Of a stretch of 64,000 bases of DNA, positions 1 to 8,608 are shown one piece after another. Every line of letters starts with the position of its first letter. Position 1 is the stretch's first letter. Location of the stretch: positions 4,406 to 68,405 of the forward strand of contig JBMFOT010000002.1 of NCBI GenBank assembly GCA_049969495.1. Reading direction: 5' to 3'. Both the position numbers and the translations under genes were made by a program. This DNA comes from Armatimonadota bacterium. GTDB lineage: Bacteria > Armatimonadota > HRBIN16. The notes beneath the pieces are model-generated. The model ran no database searches. It was not told the origin of the DNA and worked only from the letters and a program-made list of their open reading frames with translations.

Positions 1-2
1 CT

Positions 3-761
3 TTGCGCGACGAGGACGTGGATATCCGCCGCGCGGCAATCAGCCAGCTGCGTTTCGCAAACGACAAGCGTGTGGTGCCTGCGGTGATACCGCTTCTGGA
101 CGACTACGATCAGACCACCCGCTTTTTTGCGCTGGGCGTGTTGCGCAAGCTGACCGGCAAACCCTACTTTGCCAGAACCGCTGACCCGCCTGAAAAGCAG
201 CAGGTGGTGATTCGCCAGTGGAAGCAGTGGTGGGCAAAAGAGCGAGCGCGCTGGGCAGATGAACAGCGATGGGCAACCGTCAAGCCGGTACATCCGAAGC
301 GCACCGACCCTGCGCCTCCATTCACCCTGAGAAGCCTCGACGGCGCGCAGCTGCGTCACCAGGAGATGAGGGGCAAGATTCTCTTGCTCCACTTCTACGG
401 CACCTGGTGCGCCCCTTGTGAAGTAGAGATGCCCGAGCTGGTGCGCCTGCGCCAGGTTTATCCCGAAGAGGTTCTCATCATGATAGGCGTTGCGGTCAAT
501 GAAACCCAGGGCGAGCGTGCGGTGCGCGAGTGGATAGAGAGGTTCAAAATCACCTACCCGCAGGCTCTGGCGACATCCGAGATTGTCTCTGCATACTGGA
601 TACAGGGCGTGCCGATTACCTATGTCATTGACCACGAAGGACGCATCCGCTACCGCTTCGAGGGCGAGCGAGATTTCGAAACGCTGCGCAAAGCGGTCGA
701 GCGCGTGCGGGCAGAGGCTACCGTCACAGGTTCATCAACCACACCAGCAACGGCGCAATAA
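3..761 (+). CDS. HEAT-repeat / TlpA-like thioredoxin-fold thiol:disulfide oxidoreductase (5' truncated by window edge)
   Basis: The ORF runs off the window start. N-terminal HEAT-like repeats are followed by a thioredoxin fold with a WCAPC active-site motif (FYGTWCAPCEVEMPEL), typical of TlpA/ResA proteins. Confidence 0.7.
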   Translation: MRDEDVDIRRAAISQLRFANDKRVVPAVIPLLDDYDQTTRFFALGVLRKLTGKPYFARTADPPEKQQVVIRQWKQWWAKERARWADEQRWATVKPVHPKRTDPAPPFTLRSLDGAQLRHQEMRGKILLLHFYGTWCAPCEVEMPELVRLRQVYPEEVLIMIGVAVNETQGERAVREWIERFKITYPQALATSEIVSAYWIQGVPITYVIDHEGRIRYRFEGERDFETLRKAVERVRAEATVTGSSTTPATAQ

Positions 762-1407
762 GCAATGCGGGCAGGAAGTTCGCCACCGGAATCGGGCGCA
801 GGTTCAGCAGACGGATGCCTAGCCCCAGCATCATCAACCCGCCAGTGGCGAACATCACGTTTTTCATTCCTTCGGTAAGCACGTTGCCTATCCAGCCTGC
901 GCCCAGCGTCAGCGTGCCCTGTACCACCAGCACCGTGCCCGCCGAGAACAGCACGCCCCAGCCCAGCGCAGCGGTGAAGAAGGCAGAGGAAACGCCGTCC
1001 AGCAGGCTTTTGACCAGTAACAGGCTGTAATTACCTGTTAATCCGTCCTGAATACAACCCATGATGGTCATAGGCCCGACGCAGAAGAGGATGCTGGTAC
1101 TAACGAACGCCTGGCTGAACGTGCTACCGCCTTCGTTGCTGAAGCGTTGCTGCAGGGCGTTACCCAAGGCGTCCAATTTCCCCTCGATATCCAGACCTTC
1201 ACCGATAATCGCACCGAGCAACAGACTTGCCAGCGGTAAGAGGGGGTTCTTTTCGCTCAGGCTCATCTGCACCCCGATCATGAGCGTCATCAAGCCGATG
1301 ATTTGCATGGTGGTTTCGCGCAGGCGCGGCTTGAGGAAACGTCGTGCGGTCAAGCCCACGCCCGTGCCGACCACTACCGCTGCCGTGTTGATGAAGGTGC
1401 CGATCAT
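724..1407 (-). CDS. DUF554 (YqgA-like) inner membrane protein
   Basis: 227 aa, polytopic and hydrophobic. The N-terminus MIGTFINTAAVVVGTGVGL is typical of the DUF554 family. It overlaps the 3' end of the thioredoxin gene convergently. Confidence 0.55.
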   Translation of the reverse strand: MIGTFINTAAVVVGTGVGLTARRFLKPRLRETTMQIIGLMTLMIGVQMSLSEKNPLLPLASLLLGAIIGEGLDIEGKLDALGNALQQRFSNEGGSTFSQAFVSTSILFCVGPMTIMGCIQDGLTGNYSLLLVKSLLDGVSSAFFTAALGWGVLFSAGTVLVVQGTLTLGAGWIGNVLTEGMKNVMFATGGLMMLGLGIRLLNLRPIPVANFLPALLIAPLLVWLMNL

Positions 1408-2939
1408 CCTGCGCCCGCGCCCTGCTCCTGCTCCACTTCCTTGCGCAACAGGCGCTTGAGAATCTTGCCTGTGCCGGACTTGGGTAGCGACTCGCGGAAC
1501 TCCACACGCCGCGGTACCTTGAAATTCGCCAGTCGCTGGCGGCAGTAGCGAATGATTTCACGCTCGGTTGCCTCTGCACCGGGCTTCAGCACCACGTAAG
1601 CCACCGGAGCCTCACCGCGTAGTTCGTCGTACTCCCCGACAACAGCCGCCTCTGCTACTGCCGGATGAGTGTGCAGCACCTCCTCCACCTCGCGTGGGTA
1701 GACGTTCAGCCCCCCCACGATAATCATGTCCTTCTTGCGGTCCACGATGTAGAAGTAGCCGTCCTCATCCATCTTGCCGATGTCGCCGGTGTGGTACCAG
1801 CCATTGCGCATCGCTTCGGCGGTGGCTTCGGGGAGGTTATAGTAGCCCAGCATCACGTTCTCGCCGCGCACCACAATCTCGCCCAGCTCGCCCACCGGCA
1901 CTTCGTTGTCGTTGTCGTCGAAAATTTTCATCTCCACACCGGGGATAGGCAGTCCGATACTGCCCGGCTTGCGCACGCCTTTCAGAGGGTTGACCGCTGT
2001 CACCGGCGAGCACTCGGTAGGTCCGTCGCCCTCTAAGATGACCACGTTGAACCGCTTCTCGAAGGCTTCCATGACCGCCACCGGCATCGGTGCACCGCCC
2101 GACACGCAGATGCGCAGAGACGACAGGTCATACTCTCGCGGCAGCTGGTAGTGCAGGATGGCGGCATACATCGTCGGCACTGCCGGGAAGATAGTGCAAC
2201 GATGTTTCTCTATCGTTTCCAGCACGCCGTCGGGGGTGAACCGCTCTACCAGCGTGCTGGTACAGCCCACGTAGATAGAGAGGTGCATACACACCGTGCC
2301 TGCGAAAGCGTGAAACAGCGGCAACACGGTCACGAAATTATCGGAGGGCGTCATCTCTAGCACCGACACGCACGATTCGCAGTTGGCAATCAGGTTGCGG
2401 TGACTGAGCATACAACCTTTGGGGAGGCCCGTCGTGCCGGAGGTGTATAGGAACACGGCAGGATGCTCGCGCGGGTTAAAATCCGGCGGGGTAGGCACGG
2501 GGGCAGGCTGTTGCCACAAGGCGTCGAAAGACAGAAAGTCCGGAGCCTCGCCGCCTGCCAGCAGGAGATGTTGCAAGGAGGGTACCTGTGGCTTCACCGC
2601 CCGCAACACATCCGCCAGCATCGGTATCGTCACCGCCGCTTTGACACCGGCGTCGTTGTAGATGTAGCGCAGCTCGTCCGGTTTGAGCAAGGGGTTCGCT
2701 GGTACCGCAATCGCCCCCAGTGCTTGACAGGCGTAATACGCCATGACGAACTGCGGCACGTTCGGAAGCAGAATCGCTACCCGGTCGCCCTTTCCGATAC
2801 CCAGTTCTTGGAGCCCCTTCGCGACCCCGCTCACCGCGCCGAGCAGCTGTCCGTAAGAGATCGGCTTATCACGGAAGATGAGAGCAGTTTGATCTGGATG
2901 GCGCTGGGTGGTTTGTAAAAGCATTTCGAAGAGATTCAT
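1404..2939 (-). CDS. Long-chain-fatty-acid--CoA ligase (AMP-binding enzyme family)
   Basis: AMP-binding motifs YTSGTTGLPKG and TGDIGKMDEDGYFYIVDRKKDMII are present. I place the start at the internal Met (MNLFEMLL), which has an AGGAGG Shine-Dalgarno about 8 nt upstream. The longer ORF (to 3068) would start at TTG inside the upstream divergent gene's RBS. Confidence 0.85.
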   Translation of the reverse strand: MNLFEMLLQTTQRHPDQTALIFRDKPISYGQLLGAVSGVAKGLQELGIGKGDRVAILLPNVPQFVMAYYACQALGAIAVPANPLLKPDELRYIYNDAGVKAAVTIPMLADVLRAVKPQVPSLQHLLLAGGEAPDFLSFDALWQQPAPVPTPPDFNPREHPAVFLYTSGTTGLPKGCMLSHRNLIANCESCVSVLEMTPSDNFVTVLPLFHAFAGTVCMHLSIYVGCTSTLVERFTPDGVLETIEKHRCTIFPAVPTMYAAILHYQLPREYDLSSLRICVSGGAPMPVAVMEAFEKRFNVVILEGDGPTECSPVTAVNPLKGVRKPGSIGLPIPGVEMKIFDDNDNEVPVGELGEIVVRGENVMLGYYNLPEATAEAMRNGWYHTGDIGKMDEDGYFYIVDRKKDMIIVGGLNVYPREVEEVLHTHPAVAEAAVVGEYDELRGEAPVAYVVLKPGAEATEREIIRYCRQRLANFKVPRRVEFRESLPKSGTGKILKRLLRKEVEQEQGAGAG

Positions 2940-3053
2940 TATCCTGTTACACCTCCTCTCTGGTGAATTCGCAAAAAGAGGAGCTTTTTCCTGCGAAAGG
3001 GAAGATTGCTGCGCTGACGCTCGAAATGACACAGACGGAAAGGAGGTACAAGG

Positions 3054-4085
3054 ATGGCATTCGAGCAATGGGGTATCGGCATCGTTGGTTTAGGCGGCAT
3101 TGCCAATATACACCTGCAAGCCTACCGCAACCTGGGACTAAAGGTGGTGGGTGGTGCAGACATCGACCCCGAACGAGTCAAACTGATGCAGGCGAAATGG
3201 GAACTGTCCATCGCCACCACCGATGTGGAGTCTCTCATCGCCCATCCCGAGGTGAAGATTGTGGATGTGGCGGCGCCGCATTTCCTGCATGTGCGCGAAC
3301 CGATTTTCCGCTCGGCAGCGAAGTACGGCAAAGCGTTGTTCGTGCAGAAACCGCTGGAGCAGTATTATGAGAACGCCAGAAAACTGGTGCGCATTGCCGA
3401 AGAGGCGGGCATCCCGCTGATGGTGAATCAGAACTCGGTATTTGTGCCCGGCTTTCAGGTGATAGAGCGGTACCTACGCGAGGGGACTATTGGCAAGCCG
3501 TACTACTGCCAGATCGAAAACCGCAACTGGATTGACCTGAGCGCGCATCCCTTCTACGGAAAGCAGGAGCGCTGGGTGCTCAGCGACATGGGGGTGCACC
3601 ATCTCGCGCTGGTGGTGCACTGGTTCGGCAGCTGGCAGAGCGCATACGCCATGATGGGGCGCGATCCCTCGCAAAAAGGCATTGTCGGCGACACATGGAA
3701 CGTGATGAACATCCGCTTCGAGAGCGGGACGCAGGCGTGCATCATCAATAACTGGTGCTACCGTGGACATTTGCCACGCCCACATTCTGTGGAGGAGGTG
3801 GTGATTCAGGGGGATCAGGGAGCGATCACAGGCACCAGCGAGGAGGTGGTCATCGTGACTGCCGACCCGCCTGCCGAGATACGCCCACGGTTCGCTGGCA
3901 AATGGTTTCCTGACGCTTTCTCCAACGCCATCTCGCACTATATCCGCTCTCTGGAAGAGGGCAAGCCCTACCTGTGCAGCGGCAGACACAACCTGCAGGT
4001 GGTCGCGCTCATTGAAGCGGGCTACCGCTCGGTGCAGGAAGGACGCGAGGTGACCCGTAAAGAGATAATGGGCGAAGATGCCTGA
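3054..4085 (+). CDS. Gfo/Idh/MocA family NAD(P)-dependent oxidoreductase
   Basis: N-terminal Rossmann motif GIGIVGLGGIANIHLQAY. An AGGAGG Shine-Dalgarno lies 7 nt upstream. It is paired with a downstream ThuA-like gene. Confidence 0.8.
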   Translation: MAFEQWGIGIVGLGGIANIHLQAYRNLGLKVVGGADIDPERVKLMQAKWELSIATTDVESLIAHPEVKIVDVAAPHFLHVREPIFRSAAKYGKALFVQKPLEQYYENARKLVRIAEEAGIPLMVNQNSVFVPGFQVIERYLREGTIGKPYYCQIENRNWIDLSAHPFYGKQERWVLSDMGVHHLALVVHWFGSWQSAYAMMGRDPSQKGIVGDTWNVMNIRFESGTQACIINNWCYRGHLPRPHSVEEVVIQGDQGAITGTSEEVVIVTADPPAEIRPRFAGKWFPDAFSNAISHYIRSLEEGKPYLCSGRHNLQVVALIEAGYRSVQEGREVTRKEIMGEDA

Positions 4086-4111
4086 AAACGGAAGCCATAC
4101 GGAGGAGAAAA

Positions 4112-4861
4112 ATGAGCAAACTGCGTGTTCTGGTATGGGATGAGAACCCGCCTCATGCGCCCAAAGCATTGTACCCGAACAGCATCAACGGCGCAGTGGC
4201 AGAAGGGCTGAAAGAGCTAGACCAAGAGGGGGTGCTGGAGGTGCGCACCGCCAACCTCGACGAACCGGAGCAGGGCTGCCCCGCTGACTTGCTGGCGAAC
4301 ACCGATGTGCTGATGTGGTGGGGGCACGCCCGGCACGGCGAGGTGAAAGACGAACTGGCATCACGCATCGCGGAGCGTGTGCAGCAGGAAGGCATGGGCT
4401 TCATCGCCCTGCACTCGGCACACTATTCCAAGCCGTTCCGAGCGGTGCTGAACTGCACTGGCCACCTGAAAGGCGGTTGGCGCGAACACGAGCCGCCGGA
4501 GGATGAGCACATTCGGGTGTGCGCCCCTTGGCATCCGATTGCCAAAGGCGTGGAGGACTTTGTCTTGAACGGTGAGGAGATGTACGGCGCGCCGTTTGAC
4601 GTGCCGCCGCCGCTGGTGGTGATACTGCAGTCCTACTTCCCGCTGGGCGGCGAGACCTTCCCGTCCGGCTTGTGCTGGACGGTAGGCAAAGGCATAGACC
4701 CGAACTTCACCTCAGGGCCCGGTGGTGGCGTCGGGCAGGGCGAAGGCATCGGGCGTGTGTTCTACTTCCGCCCGGGGCACGAGACCATGCGCACCTATTT
4801 CCATCCCATCGTGCGCCGCATCCTGTACAACGCGGTACTGTGGGTAGGAAAGAGAGTTTAG
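4112..4861 (+). CDS. ThuA-like (trehalose-utilisation / glutamine-amidotransferase-like) protein
   Basis: About 250 aa. Composition and motifs (VLMWWGHARHGEV, ALHSAHYSKPF) fit the ThuA family. A GGAGGAG RBS is present. A ThuA partner next to a Gfo/Idh/MocA dehydrogenase is a common arrangement. Confidence 0.65.
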   Translation: MSKLRVLVWDENPPHAPKALYPNSINGAVAEGLKELDQEGVLEVRTANLDEPEQGCPADLLANTDVLMWWGHARHGEVKDELASRIAERVQQEGMGFIALHSAHYSKPFRAVLNCTGHLKGGWREHEPPEDEHIRVCAPWHPIAKGVEDFVLNGEEMYGAPFDVPPPLVVILQSYFPLGGETFPSGLCWTVGKGIDPNFTSGPGGGVGQGEGIGRVFYFRPGHETMRTYFHPIVRRILYNAVLWVGKRV

Positions 4862-4870
4862 ACCTATCCC

Positions 4871-5005
4871 CCCAACCCCCTTCCCCACAGGGGAAGGGGG
4901 AGCATTGCTCACGCGTATCCCAATTTCGGTAGACTTGCACCCCCCAACCCTCTTCCCCCTAGGGGGAGGGGGGAGCATTGCCCCTCTCCTTGTCGGAGAG
5001 GGGAC
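4871..5005. repeat. Tandem pair of GC-rich hairpin (REP-like) elements plus a third hairpin, between convergent genes
   Basis: The unit CCCCAACCCCCTTCCCCACAGGGGAAGGGGGAGCATTGC is repeated about 72 nt downstream with a few substitutions. Each unit forms a 10-bp stem (CCCCTTCCCC/GGGGAAGGGG). A third hairpin CCCCTCTCC-ttgtc-GGAGAGGGG follows. Together they probably act as a bidirectional terminator for ThuA(+) and GH51(-). Confidence 0.5.
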
Positions 5006-5019
5006 GGCGGTGAGGTTCT

Positions 5020-7422
5020 CTATCTCTCCTTCAGCACTATCACCGTCAACGAATGCCTGGGGAAAATATATCGGAATTGTGGAGCAACCCCGCTCAGCCC
5101 GCGTTCGACCGGCGCAACGCGCATGGGGTTTTCCAGTGAGTTCTCGTCGTCAAGGCTCTCGCTGGTGAGAGTCACCGCTTTGCCTAACGGATGCACCGAG
5201 CGCACACCCTGCAGGCGAATCTCCGTCTCTAGCGCCCTGTCGGAGACGTTCACCACTTTCAGAATCATCTCACGGGTCCGGTGGTTCCGGCTGGCAACGG
5301 CGTAGAGGGCAGGTAGCGGTTTGTCCTCGAAGTCGTGTATCAATTTCTCGTCCAGATAGCATCGGATGCGTGCGCCCTGTACCTCGATGCGGATGTCGTA
5401 CCATCGCCCTGTTTCGATACTGCCGGGCACCTCGTTGCTCACGATGCTCTTGCCGCCGCCAACGCACTTCTCCACAGCGTGTTTGGAGTTGCCCCAACCG
5501 CCGAGGTTCCACCAGTACCAGTTGTTATCGTCGCGCACGCGGAACATAATGAGAAAGCCTTCTGCTCCCCCGATCTTGCGCGCGCGCAGCGTCAGGGTGT
5601 AATCTGCCCAATTGGGGTCGCCCACAACCGCACGGCAATCGGTGGTCAGGCTGTTCTGGCGATAGCTGCCATCCACGACCTGCCAGTCGCCTCGTACCAC
5701 ACGCCAGCCGGCGGTTCCCTGCGCAAAATCGGCGGCAAATAGGGTCTGCCCGTGATGAGTGACCTTCACATCCCGGTACTCTGCTTGTGTCGCCCACGTG
5801 CCCAGCCCGATTGCCCCGCGTGTTTCGGTGACCGCTATGGCAGGTGCATCTACCTTCAAGGGCAGCACGTGTGTGCCACGGTAAACGCTGAACAGCTTCT
5901 GCACGTAATAAGAGGGCGTGCCATACACGCGCGAGCTGTCAAAACCGATCAGGTCGGGGTTCCACTGTCGGGCATTCACGTTCACAAACAAGGGTGCATA
6001 CGCCGCCATAATAACGATATCGCTGTTGCGCTCTATACCCGTCATGAAAGCGGCTTCGGCGATTGCCGCGCGCAGGTTGCCTGTTCCACAGCCCTGAGTG
6101 ACGGCGTACTCGCCGACAAAAATCTTCGGTCCCTTGCGGTCGTAGCGGTCGTAACGGTTCGCTTGTGAGATGAACCACTCGGGGCTGGAGTAGTAGTGCT
6201 CGTCCAGAATGTCCATCGGTCGGCTGCGTACCGGCGAGTTGGCGATAACCTGAATATGGGGAAAGCGCGCCTTGATGGCGTCGTAAAAGCGGGCGTATCG
6301 CTCCTCGTAGGCGGACCCCCAGTTCTCGTTGCCGACCTCCACGAATCGCAAGGGGAAGGGTTTGGGATGTCCGTTTCTCGCCCGCAGCGCGCCCCACTTG
6401 CTGGTAGGCGGCCCAATAGCGTATTCAATGGCAGCGAGCGCGTCCTCGATCCACTCGTCCAGTGTGTCCATCGGCACAACATCGCCGTTACGATACTGGC
6501 ATGCCATCCCGCAGTTGACCACAAGCAGAGGTTCTGCGCCCAGATCCTCGCACATCTGCAGGTACTCGTGCAAGCCCAGTCCCTGCGTGGTGGTATAGCC
6601 CCACACGCACCAGCGCGCCGGGCGTTCGGCGATGTCGCCCAGCGTATTGCGCCAGCGCAGCGCATTGCTCATGCGGTCCCCTTCTACAAAGCAACCGCCC
6701 GGAAAGCGCAGGAAGGAAGGCTTGAGCTCCGCCAGCATCTGCGCAAGGTCTTTACGTAAGCCGTTTGGTCGCCCCTTGAAGGTGTCTACCGGCATCAGTG
6801 AAACCATGTCCAGCCACAACACACCCGGCGACGTTGCCGTGATGACCAGTCGGGCCCGGGCATCGGTCGCGCGAGATGTCAGGGTTGCCACAAACCGTTT
6901 CCATTCCCTACCGATGTTCCGTACCCTGTGCTGGGCATATACCTCACCGTCTGCTGCTTGCAGACTAACCACCAGCTCGCCGCGAAAGCGGTTGTCGCAC
7001 CGCGCATACAGCGACAGCCGGTACCGCTCGCCCTTTTCTATCCCGATGCCCCAGTAGCCCTCGTTGACCAGACTGACTCGCGGCGATCCCTCCCCTATCT
7101 CCCAGCGCAGACTGCGCAGGTTGCGTGCGTTCAGGGGATAGTCGCTGTCTACCGCGATATGCGACTTACCCCTATCGCCCCCGACGAGAGTCCACGCTTG
7201 CGGAACGGGAGCGTCCTCGAAAGAGCGATTGCGCACCAGTTCGGCGTAGATTCCCCCGTCGCCCGCGTGGTTAATCTCCTCGAAGAAGATGCCCCATAGT
7301 ACAGGGCTGATAGGGGTACCCTGTGCAGAAGCATCCACTTCCACTACCGACTTTTGAGCCTGCACGAGAACAGAGGGCAGAATCATGCAGGTCAGGATGA
7401 TGAGGAGTCTAACCAACCGCAC
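5020..7422 (-). CDS. Secreted GH51 alpha-L-arabinofuranosidase with accessory (CBM-like) domains
   Basis: Signal peptide MRLVRLLIILTCMILPSVLVQAQ, with a GTG start and a GGAGGG RBS. GH51 signatures FLRFPGGCFVEG and VEVGNENWG are present. At 800 aa it is longer than a core GH51, so it carries extra N- and C-terminal domains. Confidence 0.75.
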   Translation of the reverse strand: MRLVRLLIILTCMILPSVLVQAQKSVVEVDASAQGTPISPVLWGIFFEEINHAGDGGIYAELVRNRSFEDAPVPQAWTLVGGDRGKSHIAVDSDYPLNARNLRSLRWEIGEGSPRVSLVNEGYWGIGIEKGERYRLSLYARCDNRFRGELVVSLQAADGEVYAQHRVRNIGREWKRFVATLTSRATDARARLVITATSPGVLWLDMVSLMPVDTFKGRPNGLRKDLAQMLAELKPSFLRFPGGCFVEGDRMSNALRWRNTLGDIAERPARWCVWGYTTTQGLGLHEYLQMCEDLGAEPLLVVNCGMACQYRNGDVVPMDTLDEWIEDALAAIEYAIGPPTSKWGALRARNGHPKPFPLRFVEVGNENWGSAYEERYARFYDAIKARFPHIQVIANSPVRSRPMDILDEHYYSSPEWFISQANRYDRYDRKGPKIFVGEYAVTQGCGTGNLRAAIAEAAFMTGIERNSDIVIMAAYAPLFVNVNARQWNPDLIGFDSSRVYGTPSYYVQKLFSVYRGTHVLPLKVDAPAIAVTETRGAIGLGTWATQAEYRDVKVTHHGQTLFAADFAQGTAGWRVVRGDWQVVDGSYRQNSLTTDCRAVVGDPNWADYTLTLRARKIGGAEGFLIMFRVRDDNNWYWWNLGGWGNSKHAVEKCVGGGKSIVSNEVPGSIETGRWYDIRIEVQGARIRCYLDEKLIHDFEDKPLPALYAVASRNHRTREMILKVVNVSDRALETEIRLQGVRSVHPLGKAVTLTSESLDDENSLENPMRVAPVERGLSGVAPQFRYIFPRHSLTVIVLKER

Positions 7423-7641
7423 CGCTATTTCCCTCCCGATCTCGCAATGTATTGTTTCTTCGCTCAGTCTTCTTCTTTGGGTGGCGAATCTCCTGTTGAG
7501 CCAATGGAGCCTGCATCATGTATAGTTAGGAAAGAGACGCTATGAGGTAAAATGGAGATGATAGAAAAGTAACCTATCGCCACCTATCTGCGTCTTAATA
7601 AATGGAAACCTCTATCGCGCGCGACAGGGGAGGTGAGACCA

Positions 7642-8472
7642 ATGCGTATGAAGTGGCTGTGGGTTCTGGCGTTGCTTGTGCTTGTTCTGGGCACAGTGAG
7701 CCCGGCGTACAGTCAGCAGGAAGGCGGACAACAACCGCCTCGCATCACCTTGAATCTGGAGTCCGCCAGCATCGCCGACGCCTTGAAGCTGTTGTTCCGC
7801 TCCGTCGGCTACAACTACACGCTGGACGAGTCGGTGGTGGGAGGTTACGTCACCGTCTCGCTGAAGGACGTCACCTTCGAGACGGCGCTGCGTACCATTC
7901 TGCGCGCTGCGAACCCGCCATTGACTTACCGCGTGGACGGCGGGGTGTACATCATCACGCCCAAGGTAGAGACGTACGAGACCGGCGTTGCAGAGCCTAC
8001 GGTGGAGGAACAGCCACAACCCCAGGTTCGCACCGAGAAAATCATGTTGCAGCATCTGGACTCCCTGGCGGTTGCCCAGCTGCTCGGCGGAACCGCGGTT
8101 GCGCTCAATCAGACCGGCTGGACGTATAGCGGTGGCTTCGGCGGTTTCGGCGGCTACGGCGGCTATGGCGGCTACGGCGGTCTTGGAGGCTATGGCGGCT
8201 ATGGCGGCTTCGGTGGCGGCCTCGGCGGCTGGGGCGGTAGCGGCTGGGCTGGCGGCGGCTGGGGCGGCCTTGGCGGCTTCGGCGGCGGCCTTGGCGGCTG
8301 GGGTGGTGGCCTCGGCGGTTGGGGCGGTGGCTTCAACCGCGGCGGCTGGGGCGGCGGCTTCGGCGGTTGGGGCGGGGGCTTCAACCGCGGCGGCTGGGGC
8401 GGCGGTTGGGGCGGTGGCTTCAATCGCGGCGGCTGGGGCGGTGGCTTCGGCGGTTGGGGGCGTGGCTTTTAG
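7642..8472 (+). CDS. Secreted protein: secretin-N (STN/NolW-like) domain followed by a Gly/Trp/Tyr/Phe-rich low-complexity tail
   Basis: The ATG at 7642 has a GGAGGTGA Shine-Dalgarno 7 nt upstream (an in-frame GTG sits at 7633). Signal peptide MRMKWLWVLALLVLVLGTVSPAYSQQ. Residues about 35-110 (ITLNLESASIADALKLLFRSVGYNYTLDE...VTVSLKDVTFETALRTILRAANPPLTYRVDGGVYIITPK) fit the Secretin_N pattern. The C-terminal roughly 130 aa are repeats such as GGFGGYGGYGG and GGWGGGFNRGGWGGGF. A strong rho-independent terminator follows. Confidence 0.6.
   Translation: MRMKWLWVLALLVLVLGTVSPAYSQQEGGQQPPRITLNLESASIADALKLLFRSVGYNYTLDESVVGGYVTVSLKDVTFETALRTILRAANPPLTYRVDGGVYIITPKVETYETGVAEPTVEEQPQPQVRTEKIMLQHLDSLAVAQLLGGTAVALNQTGWTYSGGFGGFGGYGGYGGYGGLGGYGGYGGFGGGLGGWGGSGWAGGGWGGLGGFGGGLGGWGGGLGGWGGGFNRGGWGGGFGGWGGGFNRGGWGGGWGGGFNRGGWGGGFGGWGRGF
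8100..8470 (+). repeat. Coding tandem repeats (about 48-nt unit, GGCTTCAACCGCGGCGGCTGGGGCGGCGGCTTCGGCGGTTGGGGCGGG-like) encoding the Gly-rich tail
   Basis: At least three near-identical DNA units are visible (GFNRGGWGGGFGGWGGG x3), preceded by shorter GGYGG units. These repeats also produce spurious Ala-rich and Pro-rich ORFs on other frames. Confidence 0.7.
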
Positions 8473-8563
8473 CCCGCTCTCGTGAGCGACGGCTACCCGG
8501 CGCATTGCGTCCCCACAGCAAACCAGCCTTGCCTGGAGAGTATCCATGTCCAGAACCCTAAAA

Positions 8564-8592
8564 GCACCGGACGGACTGTCCGGTGCTTTTTT
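8564..8592 (+). terminator. Rho-independent terminator (bidirectional position)
   Basis: GCACCGGAC-ggact-GTCCGGTGC followed by TTTTTTG. It lies between the convergent 7642..8472(+) and 8609..11068(-) genes. Confidence 0.75.
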
Positions 8593-8608
8593 GCGTGCTC
8601 GCTGGGTA

